A model generated the notes under the pieces. It was not told the DNA's origin. It did not search any database and saw only the letters and a program-made list of their open reading frames with translations. 10,970 nucleotides of DNA from assembly GCA_045863855.1 (NCBI GenBank), contig BTVV01000169.1, forward strand, positions 1 to 10,970, read 5' to 3'. This document shows positions 6,101-10,970 of this stretch, piece by piece. How positions within the stretch are numbered: position 1 is the first letter of the stretch; the number at the start of each line of letters is the position of its first letter. This DNA comes from Planctomycetota bacterium. GTDB taxonomy: Bacteria; Planctomycetota; SZUA-567; H5-PLA8. A program made the translations under genes and the position numbers.

Positions 6101-6595
6101 TCATTCCGCTTTGGGCGGCGCCCCGTTGCTCGGCCCCAGCTTGCGCCCCTTGAGGAACTCTTCGAGCACATCCATGAATTCGCTGGCGTCCTTGAACTCC
6201 TTGTAGACGCTCGCGAAGCGTACGTACGCGACTTGGTGCAGCTTGCGCAGCTCGCGCATCACCAGTTCGCCCAGAAACTGGCTGGGCACCTCGCGGTCGA
6301 ACTGCTCGAACGCCTCGCTCTCGACGCTCGTCACCACCTGATCGACCTGCTCGGCGCTGATCGGAAGGTTCCAGCACGCGCGCTCGATGCCGCGGCGCAG
6401 CTTATCGCGGTCGTACGGGACGCGACGGCCGTCCTTCTTGATCACGCGCAGCGGATTCTCTTCGATCCGTTCGTACGTGGTGAAGCGGCGGTTGCACGAT
6501 AGGCATTCGCGGCGGCGGCGGATCGTCTGGCCGTCCTCGCTGGCGCGGCTGTCGACGACTTTATCCTGATCGACACGGCAAAACGGACACCGCAT
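6101..6595 (-). CDS. nrdR: Transcriptional repressor NrdR
   Basis: MRCPFC...KVVDSR...[21 protein letters not shown] zinc ribbon, ATP-cone [16 protein letters not shown], and [13 protein letters not shown]. The conserved start is ATG 6595. Confidence 0.97.
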   Translation of the reverse strand: MRCPFCRVDQDKVVDSRASEDGQTIRRRRECLSCNRRFTTYERIEENPLRVIKKDGRRVPYDRDKLRRGIERACWNLPISAEQVDQVVTSVESEAFEQFDREVPSQFLGELVMRELRKLHQVAYVRFASVYKEFKDASEFMDVLEEFLKGRKLGPSNGAPPKAE

Positions 6596-6637
6596 GAGCG
6601 TCGCGCGCCTCGCTGGAAAGAGTTGGAACCGAGGCAC

Positions 6638-6666
6638 GGAATAGCACGCCGCGCGAAACGCGTCAA
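6638..6666 (-). promoter_or_regulatory. Putative sigma70 promoter for nrdR-coaB
   Basis: Minus strand TTGACG (6666-6661), 17-nt spacer, TATTCC (6643-6638) preceded by an extended -10 TG. Confidence 0.45.
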
Positions 6667-6753
6667 GCAGGGGGGAAATACGCGCCCCCCACCCGCTCTA
6701 GACCTGCCCTCTTCCTGCCGATACCGTTGAAGCGGGTGAAAGCGAGGCGCCCC

Positions 6754-7299
6754 ATGCGCTCGACGCACCGAACGTCTCCGGGCTGGATCTGCGCCGCGGG
6801 CTTCGCGCTGCTCCTGTTGCCCGTCTGCCCGGCCGTCGAACCGGCCGCTCCCGAAGCGCCCGCCCCCACCCCCGAACTGAAACTCGAAGGCCCCCGCGAC
6901 GCCCCGCGCGTGGCGAAGGCCATCGCCCGTACCCGGCTCAGCGAAGAACAGTGGCAGGCCGAATTCGAGGCGATGCAAAAGAAATACGCAAGCTGGGCCC
7001 AGCAACGCCGCCGCGAAGGGCTCGCCGACGACATCGGCCGTTACCTCAACGACCGCCTCACGATCCTCGCCTTCCGCGCCATGAGCGGCGATCCGGCCGT
7101 CCTGCAGGAAGGCGCGCTCTGGCTCTCGTTCTACACGCCCTGCCGCGAACCGCTGCCCGGTATCGTGACCTCCTTCGCCGAGGCGAACCGGGACTCCATC
7201 AACGGCGTGCTGGAAGCCTTCACCTGGGAACGCGCGGCCGCGTACGTCAAAGCGAAGCAGTGGAAAAAAGACGCCGAGGCCAAGCGCAAGAAAATGTAG
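6754..7299 (+). CDS. Hypothetical exported protein (181 aa)
   Basis: ATG 6754 with GAGG upstream. Signal-peptide-like WICAAGFALLLLPVCPA-VE, a Pro/Ala linker, then a helical-looking domain. High GC3 codon pattern; it fills the gap between nrdR and the sulfatase gene. Confidence 0.8.
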   Translation: MRSTHRTSPGWICAAGFALLLLPVCPAVEPAAPEAPAPTPELKLEGPRDAPRVAKAIARTRLSEEQWQAEFEAMQKKYASWAQQRRREGLADDIGRYLNDRLTILAFRAMSGDPAVLQEGALWLSFYTPCREPLPGIVTSFAEANRDSINGVLEAFTWERAAAYVKAKQWKKDAEAKRKKM

Positions 7300-7328
7300 C
7301 CGGCGCTTCGCGGTAAGCTCCGCCCGCG

Positions 7329-8762
7329 CTACGCTTCCGCCGCAAGCGGCCCCACGTGCGCCCAGCGTACGCCCGGCCAGTGCGATTCCCAAAGCGTCTT
7401 GTCGCCCGTATCGCGCACGCGCTTCCAGACCTGCGCCATCATCTCCTCGGCTTTGCCGCGATGCAGCGGATCGCGCGCCAGGTTGCGGCGTTCCTGCGGA
7501 TCGTTCGCCAGATCGTACAACTCGTCCTCGTCGAAGCCGTTGAAGACGAACTTCCAGTTCCCGTTCCACCAGACGCGCTGGGTAAGCGTGTAACGCGCGC
7601 CGAAATATTCGGCGTAGGCCGTCTGAAAATGCTTCGCCTCGCCTTCCGGATCCTTTAAGAGCGCCGCGAACGAGCGCGAATCGGGCGCACCCAGGGCCGG
7701 CAGCCCGGCCAGGTCGAGCAGCGTGGGGCCGAGATCCGGGAGCGTCACCAGTCCGTGCGCGAGCGCGCCGCGCGCGAGGCCCGGGCCGCTGAAAATCATC
7801 GGGATGTGATAATTTTCCTCGAAGGCCGAGACGTTGTGCGCGATCAGACCGTGCGCGCCGAGCAGGTTCCCGTGATCGCTGGTGAAGACGACAATCGTGC
7901 GTTCGCGCTGCCCGCTCTCGTCGAGCTTGGCGAGAAGCCGCCCGTACAACCGGTCGATCTCCGTCATGCTCGCGTACTGCCCCACCAGCATCTCGCGCCG
8001 CTCGCGCTCGCTCAGCGCCTGCCACAATCCCGACGCTTTGCGGTACAACCCCGGCCGCCCGGCCAGATCGTCGTCGGCGTTCTCCGGCAGCCGCGCATCG
8101 CCGAGATCGTACGCATCGAAGACGTCCTTCCCGCAGATCGGCGGCTCGTTCGGTTCGGGCAGGCTGACGAAGCAGCACCACGGCTTGCCGCTCTTCAGCG
8201 ACTCCTCGAGGAACGTCGCGGCCGCGGCCGCCGTCCGCCCCGGCGTGCGCGCCTCCGCCGGCTCGCGCGCGACCCCGTACAGCATGCTCGCTTTGTAGCC
8301 GCGCGGAACGTCCAGCGTCTTACGCAGCGCGAACTCGCCCCCGCCGCCGTCCGAGACTCGGGTACGGTTGCGGTAGTATTCGCCGTCGGTGCTACCGTTC
8401 GCCTGCCAGCCGTACGCCTCCAGGTCTTCCGGGCGGTCGACGTGCCACTTGCCGAAGTAGCCGGTGCGGTAACCGGCCGCCGCGAAGCGCTGCGCCCAGT
8501 GCGGCTTCTCGCGCCGCAGGCACGACTGGTCGTCGGCGACGCTGTGGATCACGTCCAGCACGCCGTGGTTGTGCGGCAGGAGGCCCGTCAGCATGCTCGC
8601 CCGCGACGGCGAACTGATCGGATTGATCGAATACGCCCGCGCCACGCGCACGCCGCCTGCGGCAAGTGCGCGCAGATGCGGCATCCGGCACGGATGCCCC
8701 GGATCGAAAAACCGGCCCTGCAAGCCGTCCACCATCAGCACGAGCACGTTGGGCTGGGCCAT
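7329..8762 (-). CDS. Sulfatase-family hydrolase, Ser-type motif, atypical active site (477 aa)
   Basis: ATG 8762 (AGGAG upstream) gives MAQPNVLVLMVD. Motifs: SSPSRASMLTG, GYRTGYFGKWH, TIVVFTSDHG, FEENYHIPMI, ELYDLANDPQERRNLA. No signal peptide. Confidence 0.92.
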   Translation of the reverse strand: MAQPNVLVLMVDGLQGRFFDPGHPCRMPHLRALAAGGVRVARAYSINPISSPSRASMLTGLLPHNHGVLDVIHSVADDQSCLRREKPHWAQRFAAAGYRTGYFGKWHVDRPEDLEAYGWQANGSTDGEYYRNRTRVSDGGGGEFALRKTLDVPRGYKASMLYGVAREPAEARTPGRTAAAAATFLEESLKSGKPWCCFVSLPEPNEPPICGKDVFDAYDLGDARLPENADDDLAGRPGLYRKASGLWQALSERERREMLVGQYASMTEIDRLYGRLLAKLDESGQRERTIVVFTSDHGNLLGAHGLIAHNVSAFEENYHIPMIFSGPGLARGALAHGLVTLPDLGPTLLDLAGLPALGAPDSRSFAALLKDPEGEAKHFQTAYAEYFGARYTLTQRVWWNGNWKFVFNGFDEDELYDLANDPQERRNLARDPLHRGKAEEMMAQVWKRVRDTGDKTLWESHWPGVRWAHVGPLAAEA

Positions 8763-9046
8763 AGCTACCGCCGCTCCTGAAAGGTCGATACCGCAAGCGA
8801 AGCCCCAGCCTACTCGAAGCGCGCACCCGCGACGAGCGCCCGCCGCCGCCTGAACGGCCCGCCACTTGCGCAGCATCCGGACATGGTGCACGCGCATCCG
8901 AAACGTGTCACTTCCGCCCCGCGGCGAACCGGCCGCCGCGCGCGCCCTTTACACGCCCGATACGCGCGCTGCCCCAAACTGTCGCCGCAACGCGTCAGTC
9001 CGGCGCGCGGCGCGCGGCGCCTGCTCGTAAACGCGAGGTAAAAATT

Positions 9047-9253
9047 ATGGACGCGGAATTCACCCTTAATTCGGCCGCCGGCGGACCGGCTACCCCTGCA
9101 GCGGACGCGGCCAAGCGCCCGAATTTGCGCGTCCAACCAAGTATCCTTTATCTGCTCAGCGCCTTCCTGATGCTCGCCTTCGCCACCTTCGCCGCCGCCT
9201 TCGGCCTCTCGAAGCAACGCCTGCCCCAACCCGGACCGGCGGGTGCGCCATGA
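9047..9253 (+). CDS. Small single-pass membrane protein (68 aa)
   Basis: GAGGT SD before ATG 9047. Hydrophobic stretch ILYLLSAFLMLAFATFAAAFGL flanked by basic residues. Confidence 0.65.
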   Translation: MDAEFTLNSAAGGPATPAADAAKRPNLRVQPSILYLLSAFLMLAFATFAAAFGLSKQRLPQPGPAGAP

Positions 9254-9447
9254 ACGCTGCCCATTTTTTGCGGCACACGCAGGCGCACCCGAGGTCAGCC
9301 GCGCCGGCTGCGTGCTCGTAAGCGCCGCAGTTGCCGGGCGCCGCGCGGATTCGGCATTGGGCCTCGCGGTTGCGCATTGTCCCTCACCCGGCCCCGCGAA
9401 CTTCGCGAAGGCATGGCGCGCGCGCTAAGGCGCGCTATTCTGGAGCC

Positions 9448-10182
9448 ATGCCGGATTCCGAAGCGATAGCGTTGGTCACGGGCGGCTCGCGCGGCATCGG
9501 CGCGGCGTGCGCGCGCGCGTTGGCCGAAGGCGGCTGGCGCGTGGCGCTGCAGTACCGCGAACGCGCCGCCGAAGCCCAGGCGCTGGCCGCCGGACTCCCC
9601 GGCGCGCAAGCCTTCGCGGCCGACCTCGCCCAGCCCGGCGCGGCCCAGCAGCTCGTCGAGGCCGTCGCCGCTACGTGCGGGCCGCCGAGGGCGCTGGTTC
9701 ACGCGGCCGGCGCGATGCTCGAAAAACCCCTCCTGTTCACCAAGCCCGAAGAATGGTCGCGGCTGCTGGAGTTGCATGCGCTGAGCGCCTGGGCGCTCTC
9801 GAAGGCGCTGCTGCGCCATCTGCGCAAGGCGCCGCACGGGACCGGGCGCCTGGTCTTCGTCGGCAGCTTGGCCGGCGTGGTGGGCTTGGGCAACGGCGCC
9901 GCGTACGCCGCCGGCAAGGGCGCGCTGCACGGACTGGCCAAGAGCCTCGCGCTGGAATGCGCGCGCTGGGGCGCGACGGCCAACGTGGTCGCGCCCGGCT
10001 ACGTCGAGACCGCGATGACGGCGCATCACGACGAAGCGCGCAAAGCCGCGCACGCCGCGGCCATCCCGCTCGGACGTTACGCGCGGCCCGAAGAAGTCGC
10101 CGCGCAAGTCGCCTTCCTCTGCCGCCCCGAGGCCGCGTACACCACCGGGCAAGTCCTGGTGCTTGACGGCGGGATGAACTGA
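9448..10182 (+). CDS. Classical SDR oxidoreductase, FabG-like (3-oxoacyl-ACP/CoA reductase family)
   Basis: Start ATG 9448. ALVTGGSRGIG, catalytic Ser in VGS, YAAGK, NVVAPGYVETAMT, IPLGRYARPEEVA, YTTGQVLVLDGG. Confidence 0.92.
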   Translation: MPDSEAIALVTGGSRGIGAACARALAEGGWRVALQYRERAAEAQALAAGLPGAQAFAADLAQPGAAQQLVEAVAATCGPPRALVHAAGAMLEKPLLFTKPEEWSRLLELHALSAWALSKALLRHLRKAPHGTGRLVFVGSLAGVVGLGNGAAYAAGKGALHGLAKSLALECARWGATANVVAPGYVETAMTAHHDEARKAAHAAAIPLGRYARPEEVAAQVAFLCRPEAAYTTGQVLVLDGGMN

Positions 10183-10680
10183 ATGGCCGTCGAATCGATG
10201 ATCCTCGTGCGTCCCGAGCACCTCAACCACCACGGCTTCCTCTACGGCGGCAAGCTCCTGGAATGGCTCGACGAACACAGCTACATCGGCGCGATGGCGC
10301 ACCTCAAGCCCGAGGCCAGCCTGGTCACGAAGGGCATCGACCGCGTCGAATTCCGTCACCAGGTCCGCGACGGCTCGCTCTTGAAAGTCCGCGCGCTGCT
10401 CGTCCACGTCGGACACACCTCGCTGACGACGTATACGTCCTTCGAACGGACCCGCGATCCGGTTAAGATCTTCCGCGCGCTGGTTACGTTCGTCTCGCTG
10501 GACCAGCAGGGCCAGCCGACGCCGATCGCGCCGTTCCTGCTCCAGCCGTTCCAGCCGCAAAGCGCGGAGGAACGCCGCTACTGGGCCGAAGTCGAAGCCG
10601 CGCGCAGCCGGCGCGGCGCGGCGGTGAAACCCGAAGTGAAGAAGAATAAGAAGCAGATGAAGAAGAAGGATACGCCATGA
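10183..10680 (+). CDS. Acyl-CoA thioesterase, hotdog fold (YciA-like)
   Basis: VRPEHLNHHGFLYGGKLLEWLDE, IDRVEFRHQV, VGHTSL, VTFVSLDQQGQPTPI. The ATG abuts the SDR stop (TGA-ATG). Lys-rich C-terminal tail. Confidence 0.92.
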   Translation: MAVESMILVRPEHLNHHGFLYGGKLLEWLDEHSYIGAMAHLKPEASLVTKGIDRVEFRHQVRDGSLLKVRALLVHVGHTSLTTYTSFERTRDPVKIFRALVTFVSLDQQGQPTPIAPFLLQPFQPQSAEERRYWAEVEAARSRRGAAVKPEVKKNKKQMKKKDTP

Positions 10681-10874
10681 GCAAAGCGGCATCGGAGCCG
10701 GCGGAAAGCGAAACCGCTTCGGGAAGTCCGAAACCCGAAGCGGCGCGGCCGCGCTGGATCATGTGGGCCGGCGTCCTGGCCATGGCCCTGGCCGTGGGGC
10801 TCCTGCTGGGCTACCTCTTCCCGATCTTCGGCGGCGCCGAGAAACCCAACGCCGCCGCGCCCGCCGCCAAGTAA
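10677..10874 (+). CDS. Small single-pass membrane protein (65 aa)
   Basis: ATGA overlap with the thioesterase stop and AAGGA upstream. TM segment WIMWAGVLAMALAVGLLLGYLFPIF. Confidence 0.75.
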   Translation: MSKAASEPAESETASGSPKPEAARPRWIMWAGVLAMALAVGLLLGYLFPIFGGAEKPNAAAPAAK

Positions 10875-10970
10875 CCGTCCGCCGCCGCGCGGCTGCGCCT
10901 TCCGTCGGCCGTTCCCGAATCCAATCCCTCAGTCGGCGCGTCCCCGTTCATGCGCGCGGATGAAAGCGTT

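Noticed and set aside
6442..8181. 579-aa minus-strand ORF, and ORFs 7755..8780, 8392..8865, 6663..7034
   Set aside because: They overlap nrdR, the exported protein and the sulfatase in other frames or strands, and have low-complexity Arg/Ala/Gly composition.
8763..8897. N-terminal extension of the sulfatase in the ORF track (likewise the longer starts given for nrdR, coaB and the SDR)
   Set aside because: Family homology begins at downstream ATGs (8762, 6595, 6041, 9448), most of which have better initiation signals.
9295..10692. 465-aa minus-strand ORF
   Set aside because: Antisense shadow of the SDR and thioesterase genes. Long antisense ORFs opposite SDR genes are a common GC3 artefact.

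Overview
High-GC bacterial chromosomal window; the membrane-anchored Hanks-type kinase, sulfatase and stand-alone CoaB suggest a Planctomycetota-like organism (inference). Left to right: a Ser/Thr kinase on the minus strand running off the left edge (absent from the ORF track); a divergent, partly AT-rich intergenic region with DnaA-box-like sites and a sigma70-like promoter; an unannotated 54-aa CxxC..CxxC zinc-ribbon gene; an NDUFA9-like atypical SDR lacking its Gly-rich and YxxxK motifs; a 46-aa lipoprotein; a 165-bp MITE with TAA target duplications; a terminator hairpin; a secreted His/Arg/Tyr-rich protein; coaB; nrdR; a secreted hypothetical protein; a sulfatase-fold protein with several substituted active-site residues; a small membrane protein; and a coupled FabG-like SDR / acyl-CoA thioesterase / small membrane protein operon. 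No clear multi-gene novel system is demonstrable. The best leads are the oriC-like region, the zinc-ribbon microprotein, the MITE and two apparently re-purposed enzymes.
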